DNA of 62,990 nucleotides, counting the filler, from Circinaria calcarea (Eukaryota): the NCBI GenBank assembly GCA_051942165.1. It is 9 parts of 9 records of this genome, joined end to end, with 100 filler letters (N's around TTAATTAATTAA, not from the genome) between each part and the next. Parts side by side here need not be neighbours in the genome. Positions count along the whole stretch, not along the records: positions 35,077 to 41,985 come from JAVECS010001460.1; positions 42,086 to 48,991 come from JAVECS010001461.1; 7 more parts are not named here. One strand, 5' to 3'. Each line of letters opens with the position of its first letter. The first letter of the stretch is position 1. Below the pieces are notes generated by a model. It was not told where the DNA came from and did no database searches. It saw nothing but the letters and a program-made list of their open reading frames with translations. The translations under genes were made by a program, and so were the position numbers. Below are positions 36,264 to 49,091 of the stretch, piece after piece.

Positions 36264-37883
36264 ATGCAAGTCCCGTTGATACAATTGCAGTGTGGTATGT
36301 AGCCTTGGCGTATGATGAACAGTTACGTGCATCAATGCTGAGAGATGTATTTAGGTGTGAACAGCTATGACTGGGGTCGGTCTGGTCTTGTCGCTTTATT
36401 GGCAAGAGTTATTGCTGAATTAAACAAAAGGCAAGGTTGGGAAGGAGTCAGCGGCTGCAAAATATGCAGCTGCCAACCCTTCAAACGATTTCACTATTCA
36501 AGAAGAGAAGCCATATGCTGAAGTGCGTATCATCTCGTCTATGTTTTCTTTAGGTTATTAAGTATGCTAGCTATGGATGGGAACACATCCTTCACTGCCT
36601 TCCAAGGATCTAGAGACCCAACGGACTCTACTCGATCTGGTACAGGACAACCAGGCCTTGATGTCGCCGGAAATTAGCAAGCGATATGGGCAGAAACTCC
36701 CGTTCCTGTTCAAGGTCTTATCGATCCGAAAGGCGCTGAGCATTCAGGCACATCCAAATAAGAAACTGGCAGAAAAGCTTCACAGCAAAGACCCCAAGAA
36801 TTACCCAGGTAACCCTCCCTTTAGCAACTCCAGGGTGTGTTTTCCTGATCCATCTGAGAATAGATGATAACCATAAGCCCGAAATGACCATTGCTATAAC
36901 ACCATTCGATGGACTTTGCGGTTTCCGGCCCCTAGCAGAGATCTCGCAGTTTCTGTCAACCGTACCCTCGCTAAGGAAACTCATTGGGGACTCAGTAGCC
37001 AAGGACTTTGAAACGACAGTCGCAGGACGCGAAACATCTGAGGCGGAGCACGATCGCGAAAATAATAAGAAAGCTCTTCAAACCGCTTTCTCTGCGTTAA
37101 TGAACAGTGACAAATCCGCAGTATCCGAAGCTGCTAAAGAGCTGGTGGCGTCGGCCGAAAAGGATGGCGAGGCTTTTGCGGGAAGTGGTGGTCCTTCGAA
37201 CGGCGGCAAAGAGCTCGCAGATCTTGTGGTCCGATTAAATAGCCAATTCGAAGGAGACATTGGCCTGTTTGTCCTCTTCTTCCTTAATTATGTGAAGCTT
37301 GAAGTAGGAGAAGCAATGTTTCTTAAGGCTGATGATATCCATGCCTATCTTAGTGGAGGTAAGTCTGTCCATTTGTAGATTGTTGTATTTGCTTACTCCA
37401 TAAGATATCATCGAGTGCATGGCTTCCTCTGACAACGTCGTTCGTGCTGGCTTCACTCCAAAGTTCCAAGACATACCCACGTTGACGAGCATGCTTACCT
37501 ACTCATACGCTCCAATCTCGGAACAGAAGATGCATCCAGTTGACTATCCCTATGTAATGTTCAACAGTACAGCATACTCCTGCTCCTCTTCGGCGATCCT
37601 CTATGATCCTCCAATTGAGGAGTTCAGCGTTGTGAAGACGGAATTAAAGAAACAGGGCGCCAAGGCTACTTTTGCGCCTATAGACGGGCCAAGCATATTC
37701 ATTTGCACCAGTGGATCAGGTAAAATCAGTGTTGGACCGAAGGTTAAGCAAGTGAAGGAGGGCTACGTGTTCTTCGTTGGCGCAACGGCGGAGGCCGTAC
37801 TGGAAAGTGAAGGAGAGAACTTCACCACATTCAAGGCCTTTTGCGAACTAAGTGGGAAGGAGGGCGCAGATGAAAAGCCGTAG
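36264..37883 (+). CDS. PMI40: Mannose-6-phosphate isomerase, type I (6 exons including a 21-nt exon 36355-36375)
   Basis: [47 protein letters not shown] and [17 protein letters not shown]. Confidence 0.96.
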
Positions 37884-38920
37884 AGCTCCACTGATGACGA
37901 AATTTTGATAAATTGACAAGTCTGATGCTCCCATAGAGTTTGTTGGAACGCAGATTGATAGAGTTGAGCTTGCACGTATCTCGAACAATCATTGGACAAT
38001 GAGCTGCATGCTGGTAGACAGTGATTGAATTGCCAAGTATGCATCGTTGATAGTCAGGCCCACTGCCGCATCTTCAACTTGCAACGATCAAGCAAACGAT
38101 CCCGCTTTCCGACTGCTCCGCTTGATAGTTTCCGTAAGTCGTGCTGTGATAGTTCGGGCACTGTACATCTTGTCCCAAATCAGTCCCCATGATACTTAAG
38201 CGAACCAGCTGCGCAGATGGCTTCCGAGTATTCTGTAATGCCTTATACAAACCACCGCGACATGTGCAACAACCTTCCTGATGCTAGTATCAATCAATTG
38301 AACCTTGCCCCGCCCCTCTCGGCCCTTAGTTGATCTTGCTTGACTACTCGTCTCGTGTACTCGGCGAACTGGCATTTCTCATAGCTATGTCTCTCGTTCT
38401 ATTGTCCCACTCTTCAGTCTTATATGAAGAGGCTAGAGTGCATCATGTGCTTACCTCACATTTCCATGGTAGGTAAAATTCTTGAAACCGGCATCGATTG
38501 AGGGGTATGAGGAGGTGAGCGCAGCTGTCCCTGTATGCTAGGGGCAATCGTGCTTCCGACATAGCTTCTCTCGACGCAGCTACAAGAGATATAATAATGC
38601 TTAGCCTTGTTGTAGGTATGTCAACGCTCGAAGAGGGTCAAAGAGTTTGATGTAGGACTTGTCCTCTCCTTCCTCGAGCCTTCAAACGATTAGGAGCTGG
38701 GGCAAGGACTCACGTGCTGCAGGCACAGCTTCTGGTTCTGTATCCATATCCTCCCCATGCTTTACCGTCTCCGTGACTGTCATTGTGTTCGGCTTGACTC
38801 CCAAGGTAGTTCTGGATTGAATCCCTCAGGGAAGCTTCGCGAGTGTCGGGCCGAGAGATCACGGCTAAAACTATCCCGAAAGCGAAAAGATCGAAACCTA
38901 ATTTACACTTTAACAAACCA

Positions 38921-38946
38921 GACGCGAGCCGAGCGCGCGGCGCGTC
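38921..38946. promoter_or_regulatory. MCB-like (ACGCG) element cluster upstream of MBP1
   Basis: GACGCGAGCCGAGCGCGCGGCGCGTC contains inverted ACGCG sites and a central CGCG, about 215 bp upstream of the ATG. Confidence 0.5.
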
Positions 38947-39160
38947 TATGAAACACCCAACTTCTGACCTCGACTGGGAGATCAACCGCTATCTAAATTG
39001 TACATTGTTTCTTTATCGGCATCTTGTATTGTACGAAGATTCTTGTTATTGACAAGTCGGCCTACTTTCGGTGTACAATCCCCGAAGCCTTCATTCTTGC
39101 GACGGTACAGCGCATGCGACAAGCGGTCAATACGGCTACTGCAGAAGCTTGACCGCACCG

Positions 39161-41341
39161 ATGGCTCCTACCGTCATCCCGGATTATGCTGGCCCGATTT
39201 ATTCTGCAACCTATAGCGGTGTACGCATTCTTGGAAGAGAATATCCTTCCTTTGTCCAAGGTCACCGATAGTCAAAGCTAACCTCCGCATAGGTCCCCGT
39301 ATATGAATTTCTTGTCGATGACAATCAGATTATGCGCCGACGGTCCGACGATTGGATCAATGCTACCCATATTTTGAAGGTCGCCGACTTCGACAAGCCA
39401 GCAAGGACGAGGATTCTAGAGAGAGAAGTACAAAAGGGCGTTCACGAAAAAATACAAGGAGGCTATGGCAAGTATCAGGGTATACGTCAATACTCAAGCA
39501 TTTGAGGAATCAAGCTGAATGCTTCCTAAGGAACTTGGGTCCCGTTACAAGATGGACGCCTACTTGCAGAGCGGAATCACGTACTTGATAAACTTCGACC
39601 TATTTTCGATTTTGTACATAAAGACCGGGACAAAACCCCCCCACAGGCTCCGAAACACACGACCGCAGCGTCAAACAAACCCAAAATACCAAAAGCAGCC
39701 CCTGTCCGCAGAGCTCCTAGTAAGTTGTTCTGTCAGTTGATCCGGTGGATCCTCAGCTAACGAGTAGAACCCAAACCAATACCAGCCCCCAGGCAGGAGG
39801 AACAGTATGAGAATATTAGCGCGCAACTTAATGACGACGAGTCCCCAGATAATTCAACAGTTGTGTCCGAGTCGATGATAGATGAGGACGATATGATTCA
39901 ACGAAGCCAATACTCCGGTTCCCGGAAGCGAAAGCGTGCTGAACCGTCAAGTGTAACTAAGCATGACCATGACCACAGGATGTATGCAGACGCTTTACTT
40001 GATTACTTCATGCTCCTCGATGGGGAGGCACCATACTTAATACCGAATCCACCCACACCACCGGCAGATTTTGAAGTAGACCGACCAATTGATAGCCAGG
40101 GCCATACAGCCCTCCATTGGGCCGCTGCTATGGGCCAAATTGAGATTGTCAAGGATCTAATGCGTCGTGGAGCTAGTGTCGATGCCCAGAATGTGAGGGG
40201 AGAGACACCTCTTATCCGGGCAGCCCTCTTCGCAAATTGCTACGAGAAAGACTCCATGCTGAAGATGGTACATCTGCTACAAAGCACTATAATGCTCCCA
40301 GATCGTTATGGGGGGACCATCCTTCATCACGTAGCGTACACTGCTCATAGTTGTTCCAAAACACAACGAGCCCGTCACTATCTTGATGTCTTGCTCAATA
40401 AGCTGGCAGAGAATACATCTCCCAAGGAGTTTGCCGCTTTCATCAACAGGCAAGACCAGAACGGTGACACGGCCTTTCATGTAGCAGCTCGCCATTCTAG
40501 ACGATGTGCGCGTGCGTTTCAAGGAGTTGGCGCAGCAAGTGACATTCCGAACATGAAGGGTGAGACAGTTGACCAGCATTTGCAAATCAAGTCAAAAATA
40601 CCGAAGAAAGTCGATCGATACTTTACCTCTTCGTCTCCGGTACAGCCAGATGCTCCTCTCGCCAACGGCCGTGAACTAGGTGAAAATTCTAGTAGCAATG
40701 TATTTGCTCCACCTCACAACCTCCAAAGCCAATCTGCCCGCTCCTTCTCTGGGTCATTCAGTGTGTTCACTGACAAAGTAAAAGATCTTCTCCAAGCCGT
40801 TGAGACAGAGAATGAAGAAAAAGAAATTGCTCTCGTGGATGCAAAGCGTCTCAAGGCAGAGCGTGATGACGAGAGACATATTGTGCGGCACCAGATAAAT
40901 ATATTAGCGGCCGAAGCAGAGGAAGAAGATCTGACCCCTTTGCGAGATGAGATGGCGCGATTGGTCAGGGAGGCCGAAGCACTGGCAGAGCAAAAACAGC
41001 ACAGTGTCTTACATGGTTTGGTACGAGCCGAGGAGAGTCAAGTAGCGGCATCGAATCACAGCAATGGAGTAACGACCGAGGACATCCAAGCTAAGATACG
41101 GGCTGCAAAGGCTTTACGGCAGGAGCAGGAGAAGAGGAGAGATTTGACCAGGGAAATTGTCCGTTGTCAGGGCGACGCGGGTATCAGTGAACGAGGAGAG
41201 CAGCTCATGAGGCTGGTTACCAGTGCTCTGGGTGTGTCTTTGCAAGAGATACCGTCGATGCTGCCGGAAATATTGGAAGAACTGGAAATGGCCAAAAACG
41301 AAAGCGGCTACATAGATAATCTGGAGGAGACTCTGGAGTAA
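39161..41341 (+). CDS. MBP1: APSES/KilA-N plus ankyrin cell-cycle transcription factor Mbp1/Res2 (introns 39221-39292, 39480-39530, 39720-39767)
   Basis: [66 protein letters not shown], and ankyrin repeats [27 protein letters not shown]. Confidence 0.93.
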
Positions 41342-41985
41342 ATACCTAGGCATGGGACCCTGCACTGGTCTCTCACATACTGCGACCAGTATTTCAACCG
41401 GGTGGCGAGTCGTCGATGTTTACATAGCTACAATGTACTCATGAGGTATGGCCTCCGTTCTGTCAGATAACAACAGTGTCTAAGTCTGCAATGCATACTC
41501 ATTCTTTGCTATGTTCTCTGATTACCTTATCACGCTCAAGAGTGAAACACATGTTATCCTAACCCTGCAAGCCAATTTTGCAACATGTTTCCTATATTAA
41601 TCCGTTACCCTGCATCTGGCGGCCTCTCTCTCTCTCTTCCAATTCTTATCTCCACCGTCACCGAAATGCTACCTCTGAACTTCTTACTGACATCAAACCT
41701 CCACTACCCCCTAGCCGCCGCTTGCTATGATCTTGCATACTTATTCCCTAGGCTTTTTCTTCAGAGCCTCAATCTCTTTCATTAGAGACTCGTTCTTTGC
41801 CGTTAACGTCGCGTTTTGTAATTTCAGATCTTCATGATCTTTCAAAAAGGTCTAAGCACAGACCATGTATCTCCTGCCCTGAGGACGAGGCTTGAACAGC
41901 AGTCGTTAATGAGGGTGTTTGGGTAGCAATCGGCACTGCTATCTCCGGATGATTGGTAGAAGCGTTGGAAGTGAGAGCTGTGGTT

Positions 41986-42085
41986 NNNNNNNNNNNNNNN
42001 NNNNNNNNNNNNNNNNNNNNNNNNNNNNNTTAATTAATTAANNNNNNNNNNNNNNNNNNNNNNNNNNNNNNNNNNNNNNNNNNNN
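41986..42085. other. Artificial contig-joining spacer
   Basis: N44-TTAATTAATTAA-N44. Confidence 0.98.
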
Positions 42086-44659
42086 GCATGTCATCTGCGT
42101 TAGAAGTGGTATAATTCTTGCCGTGATCGGTGATCGCTACTAAGTTGGAGTCAGATGATACGCCTCGCTTATGAGATGCAGCTGTGGTGCTCTCGGCCCT
42201 AGCTTCGCCACTTGGGGGTCCAATAACGATATCTTTGGCTACAACCTTTGGGATTGGTGGAGTTGGTCTTGGGAATTCAGTAGGAATGGTGTCGATTATG
42301 GCAGGTTGTGCCTCAATGTCACCAAGGTTCTGGCCGCGCGGACTATCAGGTGCAGTAATTGCTGGTAAGCTTAATTCGGCTGAGCTATCCGTAAGTGTAC
42401 AGTTCTCGGACGACGTAGCATAAGAAGGATGACCCCTATAGGAGACAAAGCTCTTCCGCAAAGACTGTGCCCCACCGCTGGCGGTCTTATCAGTCGTTTG
42501 AGTAGATGAGTCCCGACGTGATGAACTCAACATTCCGCCATTGTCAGGTAGGCTGTTCATAGATTTCTCTGGAGCGGTAGTACTATACTTATTCAATTCC
42601 TTGATTGCTGGCACAACAGCTTCTGGGGTAGATTCTCTCTGGGATTGGGCGATTTCGGTCTCCGGATTCTTTCGAAGGTTATTATACTTTGGGAGCAAGT
42701 CTTGAGATGCGGTGCAGGCCCCATTGGATACGTGCGACTCGACCTTGTTAATCTGTCGAGACTGACCGGAAGAAGCATCCTGTTGAGCATCTGTCATCGC
42801 GTTTGGAATATTAGCTCCTTTGGTTTGGTCCTCAGAAGTAAACACGCATGGAGACTTGGTGGATGGAAGCTTCAAGCGTTCGATCTTGGTACTATAGTCT
42901 TTGTCCGTGGAGTGCATGTTTATCGTAGCAGCATGAGAAGCCCTGTTTTTCGATTTCATATCAGTACTAATTAAGAACACATGTGATTTGCATACCTCAG
43001 GGGGCTATTATGTTCTGCTCCTATCAACCTCTCCTCCCGCGATGCCCGGTCAGTAAGAACCTTGCTAAAGAGTCCCCTTCCACCTGATCGTGCTGCTCGT
43101 TTTGCAGTTTCGGTTTTCGAAGCTGAAGCAACGTTGGTGATCGTGGAGTTTTGTGGATAGCTATCACTACTAAGATCAATGATAGTTTTCCCGCCAAGCA
43201 TGTGGGTTCTATGCTCCGGATTCAAAGCAGGCTCCGACTTGACGGTTGGGGAATGTGAGGCGACCATAAAATAGGATCTTGATGCTTCGTCTATACACGC
43301 TTGAGCAGATACGGTTGTATCAAGTTGCTGGGCGTCACTGCGTGGATCTTTAGTAGCATGTCGCGGCTGTCCTATCTTCAATTTGACTATAAGTGACTTG
43401 ACTTCGTTCTTGTCATGCACAGATATGGGGAGTACCTCGTGCTCCTTTTTGTCTTGCATTGCAATTTGACCTATCGTCTTGTTTCCCTCCGGAAATGTGG
43501 AGGCAGTAGGGCTATATCTATCATTGGACCCGCCTGTCAAACCTAACCCACGTTGACTTCTTCTTGAAGGCTTGGAAATCGACGTAGGTACCGAAGGCTT
43601 CGTAGCGGTCTTTACGCCAAAATCCGACTCGTAGCTGAGTGGCTTCGCTGTGAGCTGATTTGATCGCTTGTCGATCTGCTGCCTCGAGCCATCGACATGA
43701 TAGAGAAACCATTTCCTATCCCTGGCCTCATATTTCACAGGTAACAATGTGCTTTTATCGGCTTCCTTCCATTTGATATACCAGCCTCTTTGGCCAACTC
43801 GAGATGACGGATTTCTCCACTTCACTTCAAAGGTGCGTTTGGTATTGAGTAAAGTTCCTCGAGGAAGCTCATCCCCTGACCTGTATCTGATCACCCATGG
43901 CTTGTTTTGAGTTGCTTCTCTTGAGGAATCATTACTTGAAGTATCCAGATCTAAGCTTTCGGTACTTAACTCGTGAGATTCATCCGAATTACCAGAAGCT
44001 CCATGGCTGTTAGATTCGACTTGTCCCATTGACCTTCGGCCGGTGACGGCATCGCTTTCACGGATTTTCATGTTGTCAGAAGTCTATCTCAACTATTAGC
44101 CGTGGTAAGGAATGAAGTAGTAGCGAATTGAATGCTTACCATCGAAGGCGATCCGTCGTCATTGCCACTGCTATCAAACACAGGTTCGCCAGCAGCAAGC
44201 CTCTCCTCTTTCGCTATCCTCTATAACCAATTAGCTCTGCACTTGAGCTCGAGGGAAGCGTGTCGTACCCTTCGCCAGCCATATGAGAGATATAAAAGGA
44301 CTTGCCGAAGACTGAAGAATGACTCGACGACTCTAGTGTACTGTTAGAGACTCGACATTACAGACACAAATAATCAATAGTACAGACTCCTGAGTGGACA
44401 TTTGATCGTTGAAGAAGGGAGAATCTCTCTTCAAGTGCTGTCGTTCGTGGCCAAAGTAGCGTTCCCCATGTTCTCGAAGGAAGACATGCAGTTCAGCATT
44501 GAGTAGATGATCGTCAGGACTAAGAGTCATGACTCTACGTTGAGGATACTTTGGGTCCTCGTGAAATCGAACCAAGTCTTTAAAGAGTTGAACTCTCTCT
44601 TCGCAGTGAGAACGCAAACCGAGTTGAGAGAAGCGGTATTCGACATCCGGCGGAGCCAT
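42086..44659 (-). CDS. Large lineage-specific hypothetical protein (at least 5 exons, 3' truncated)
   Basis: ORFs 44333..44695, 42971..44071 and 42030..42980 plus two small exons join in frame via four short GT-AG introns with CTAAC/CTAAT/CTGAT branch points. No family recognised. Confidence 0.7.
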
Positions 44660-46236
44660 GTTGCATACGGCTGCAAATACTATCTCAGTTCTCACGGGGA
44701 TCTGAACATTGCCAACATGACACTTCGATCGGCTGTGTGGAAGGAAATACCACGCAAGTCAAAATTTAGAAAAGCAAGTCAGGCGGGATTTCGCCCCGAG
44801 TCTCGGATCATTGGCCTCGGTTCATTTTCAATGAATCTGCCATGAACTGGCTACCAAAGCAGGTTGGGCGTACTTTATGAAGCTTCACGCGTGAAACTGA
44901 TACAGCAAACACACTCAAAACTCATTGGCGGCCCGACATGTGCAACCGAGTCATTCTTCAAGCGCGATATATCGCGTACCATATAATTTAGACGCGACTC
45001 AGCACTTGGAACGCGCATTGGAATAACGCGACCTTCCACGCCAGATAGGTACGCAGTCTTCAACTATAGTCTAATTAATCATCTATCATTATGACTTGGA
45101 CATTGCACCTTGTTCCACCTCACTTTAACCACTAGAATGCTCTAAAAGCTGAAATGTCCAACTTGCTCTAATGAAATTGATGTTCTGATATATGGCAGAT
45201 CTCAACATTACACATATCTTATAAAATTCCTTAGTTACTACAAGACGTTCGATTCTACCTCGAACTACAAAGTTGATTGCCTGATTTGCTACGTCCGGAA
45301 GTGCAAATGCCGCGCTAAGTGCCCGACCTTCAGATATGCTCACTAGCACGTTAGGTAGGCGAATTTAAAACAACTAGCCACAAGTGCTCCCTACTTGGTA
45401 TCGGTGGTACTTCTCTACAGTGTACGATTTAACTTGCCCGTTAGCCCAGAACGAGATCAGGAACTGAGGAAGAATGCGAAAGGAAAGAAAAAGCAAGCAG
45501 CAAGGGAAACGAGATGGGAGGTCAGCTACAATATAGCAGAGGAATAGAACTTGCACAGTTCTATCCGCTGAGAAATTTCTCTTGTTCATCCGATATACCA
45601 AGTGCCTTCTCTGTCATCACCAGTTTTGTGAATTATCGAAAGACGGATTACTGTGGCTTTTAAAGCATTCGATTACTAATCTAACACAAGTCCAACATCA
45701 TCTCCTTCCTCTCAATGCTACCCGAACGTTATACCATTCCCTTATCCTACCCTGTTCTAACTAGCGGTCTTGTATAAATTTGTAGACGTCAAAAACGCCT
45801 GATTCCTCCCTGGCCATGCTTTCATTGCTAAAACTTACCTCTACGTGGGGAGGATACAGATGCTGGGACTGTGTGTGTCATGTGATTATGGATATTTTAA
45901 GTACGCGGATCAGTTTTCCCGGATTATCTGCGCAGGACGTCTGATGATTGTCCTGTCGCTGCTGGTGTTGGTGAAGGCTCGGCGTATTCATTCTATGACG
46001 CTTGCACATAAGCCCTATGAAGCTTATGCCTAAGACTCCAAACAGGTATCACCTCAAGCCTTATAAGGCCCCCATACAGGATCTACAAATGTCCGATGAT
46101 ACTGCTTGAAACCTCAAGTAGGGAACAATTCACCCCCTTACTAGTTTTATATTCAGGCAAGACCATGTAGGAGAAAAAGAATTTGAGTGTAGCTTAGGAA
46201 ATGTGATACCAATTGGTAACTACCTGCAAGGTACAG

Positions 46237-47483
46237 CTAGGTGCCTTTCAATCTTCCCCACTCCGGCCTTGTATCAATCACGCCATCTTCATCAACCACC
46301 TTCCCACGATCCCATTCCCTGCCTTCGCCCCTTTCCTTCCACTTCACATCTTCCTCCCTCTTCTCTCCACCCTTTTCCCATTTCGAAACCTCTTCCTCCG
46401 TGAACCCTGCAGATCGTAATCGCTCTGCTCCCTGCTGTTTCCAGCGCTGGCGATCCCGGAGAGCTTCCAGTGCTTGGTCCCAGTCATTTTCGGAATCGCT
46501 ATTGGGGTGCACATCCGCGGCTGGGTCATAGGCCGATGAAAAATGTGAATCCATTACAGAAGAAGAGGCAAAGGTTCCTCGGCCTCGAGCCCGAACTTTT
46601 GGAGCGGGAGGAGGGGGCGCAGGACCGACAATTGCTTCGAGGGGGTCGGAGTCCGCATCTTCCACTCTGACAGGCTGCGTCGACGCTAATGATTTGATTT
46701 TGTCACGCGGGGCCGGATCGTTCAGGTCTCGGATTCTCTCTGTAGCTGGTGATGAAGATTGCCGTCTTCTTCGACGGGATCTGTGGTGTTTCTCATCTTT
46801 CTCTGGTATTGGCGAGCGTGACCGCCGCTGTTGCGTAAATTTGGTGCTCCGGCTTCTGCGGGTTAATGTATTTTCGTCTGGAGTTCGGCTACGATGGCGG
46901 CGACTACGATGGGAAGTTCGATGACGGCTAGAGCCTTTCTCGTCAGTCAGATCCTCATCAGACCGATTATCCCGCAGACGATGTCGATGGTCATCGCGAC
47001 CTTTGTGTGGTCGTTTCCTTGATTTATTCGAAGAAAGCTTCTTATGTTCTTCAAGCCTGCGTTGGTCTTCTTCCTCGTCACTGTCAAGTCGTCGCCGCTT
47101 CCGACTACGTTCATGACTCTTCTCAACCGAGCCACCATGGCTTGGTCTTTTTTCTAGCCTAAGGTTTGTAGATGAATCATGATGCCGTAGACGCTTTAGT
47201 CGTAATCTCGCCTCTTCAAGTTCCTTGGCCCTCAATGCGGCGTTATGAGTATCGGTCTCTCGAATGATGTTCTTCAGAAACCTAGTGTTGGCCCTTGGCG
47301 CACTCGTGGTAGGCCTTATTCGCATCAGCAGTTGTATACCTCAAATCAAACTACTGGAGCTGGGCACCTTTTAGGCAGCGGGCCTTGTAAGCCCATAGTA
47401 GAATACTTGACGGTGCTTTCTTTAGCATCCTTTGTCATGATCTTTGCGACGTAGTCATCCGACATGTAATCCTCCGATGGCAT
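46237..47483 (-). CDS. Conserved Arg/Ser/Asp-rich nuclear protein (family usually annotated 'pre-mRNA splicing factor 38B'-like; intron 47315-47367)
   Basis: DDYVAKIMTKDAK, NTRFLKNIIRETDTHNAAL, DWDQALEALRDRQRWKQQGAERLRSAGF and REWDRGK. Confidence 0.85.
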
Positions 47484-47698
47484 AATGGATACTCAAGATC
47501 TTCTGCATAACCAAATACGCTGGTAAGTACCACAATACAGGTTTAAGCGTCCAATCATCTAAGGCGGTGCCTTTATTGGACTTTATCTGACATCGGCTCA
47601 GTCGCCCCCTTTGAAATTCACGGTTCACGAGATGTTCCGATAAGCTTTCCCCGGATTTCGCTTAGATATACTTATCTCAGCCTTATAAGGTGCTCGAT

Positions 47699-47707
47699 GT
47701 AAACAAA
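47699..47707 (+). promoter_or_regulatory. Forkhead-type site GTAAACAAA in divergent promoter
   Basis: Exact forkhead consensus about 50 bp upstream of the SOS7 ATG. Confidence 0.4.
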
Positions 47708-47754
47708 CCCTTATAGTAACTCGAGGAAGTTTCAATCTGAAAATCATTCAAACA

Positions 47755-48716
47755 ATGGCTTATAGCCACGAAAACACCCTAGAGGCTCTAGCCAACCTGC
47801 AAACACAAGAGCTCTCAATCATCCGCCTCAGCGAGCCCATCATCGCAACTTACACGCCCGATCCCGCAAAGCGCACCTCCGATGTCTCAGCAGATGCTTT
47901 TGAAAACCCTTCTCCAGCAAGCTTGGCTGCTGATTTAAGCCATTATAAGGTTTTCACACACTCCTCAGTATAAGAAATAGGTTATTTCTAATTTCCCATT
48001 TAGGAGTTATTCTCGAAGCTCCGCTTCTCCTACCTCGAACAAGTCACCAAAGAAAAGTTCCTCCGCGCCATCGTCGGTGATCCGCCACAGATCATCGAGC
48101 ACCAAGAGAATGTCGAGCTAGAAACGCAGCTGGTGGAAGTCAAGGCGAGCCTGAAAGCTCAAAAAGTGGAGGTGGCGGGTATGGTGGAGGAATTGGAAGC
48201 CCGAGGTCGAGAGCTGAGCAAACGTTCGTAATTTTACGGCTATTGATGGCGAAGCCGTTGTCAGCCTCGACTCACGATTCATACTTAGGACACGAAACCA
48301 TCTCTCTCCAAACCACCCAGCTCTCCACCCTCCCCTCCACAATCTCGGCCCTCGAATCCACAATCACCACCCTCCGTGCCCAGCAAACCGCCCCTTCCAC
48401 CCATCCCACTCTCTCCCTTCCCCTCCCCGCGACTCTCGACCTCCTCTCATCGCGGCAAAATGAACTAGACGACCTGAATTACCAGCTCAAGACCCTTCAG
48501 CAAGCCTTGCCGCGCAAGAACAGGGAATTGGAGCGACTGCAGAGCGAGTTGAAGCCGCTGGAGGTGCAGAAATCAACGGCTGTGTCGGCGGCAAAGGAAG
48601 CGCGGAGGAGGAAAGAAGAGGCGGAGAGTGGGTTGGGGGATGAGCTGGAACTGAAAGGGAGGTGGTATAGAGGGGTTGAAGTGGGCTTGAGGGAGATGTT
48701 GGGGGTACAAGTGTAA
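47755..48716 (+). CDS. SOS7: Kinetochore protein Sos7 (Kre28/Zwint-like; introns 47951-48003, 48224-48288)
   Basis: DLSHYK|ELFSKLRFSYLEQVTKEKFLRAI, coiled coils and GRWYR near the C-terminus. Confidence 0.88.
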
Positions 48717-48991
48717 GACCATAAACCTCTGGGAGGCGCCAACTGGCGCTATGGATGATCAACCATGTAACGGCACCCAGGAGCATTCATATCACGGCTA
48801 TAGGGCCTAAAAAAATGGGCAAATGGAGTAAAAGCGGTCTGGTTTGCCCTTCTGGAAATGGACAGGTAAACCAAATTCTTACGATTCTGCCCGATAAAAA
48901 ATACCAGAATCCTACGCCGCTGCAGATATGATACGGGTACCCCCATACTCTACGCATTTGCAGTGCAAAAGACCAAAATCGCTCACATGAC

Positions 48992-49091
48992 NNNNNNNNN
49001 NNNNNNNNNNNNNNNNNNNNNNNNNNNNNNNNNNNTTAATTAATTAANNNNNNNNNNNNNNNNNNNNNNNNNNNNNNNNNNNNNNNNNNNN
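48992..49091. other. Artificial contig-joining spacer
   Basis: N44-TTAATTAATTAA-N44. Confidence 0.98.
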
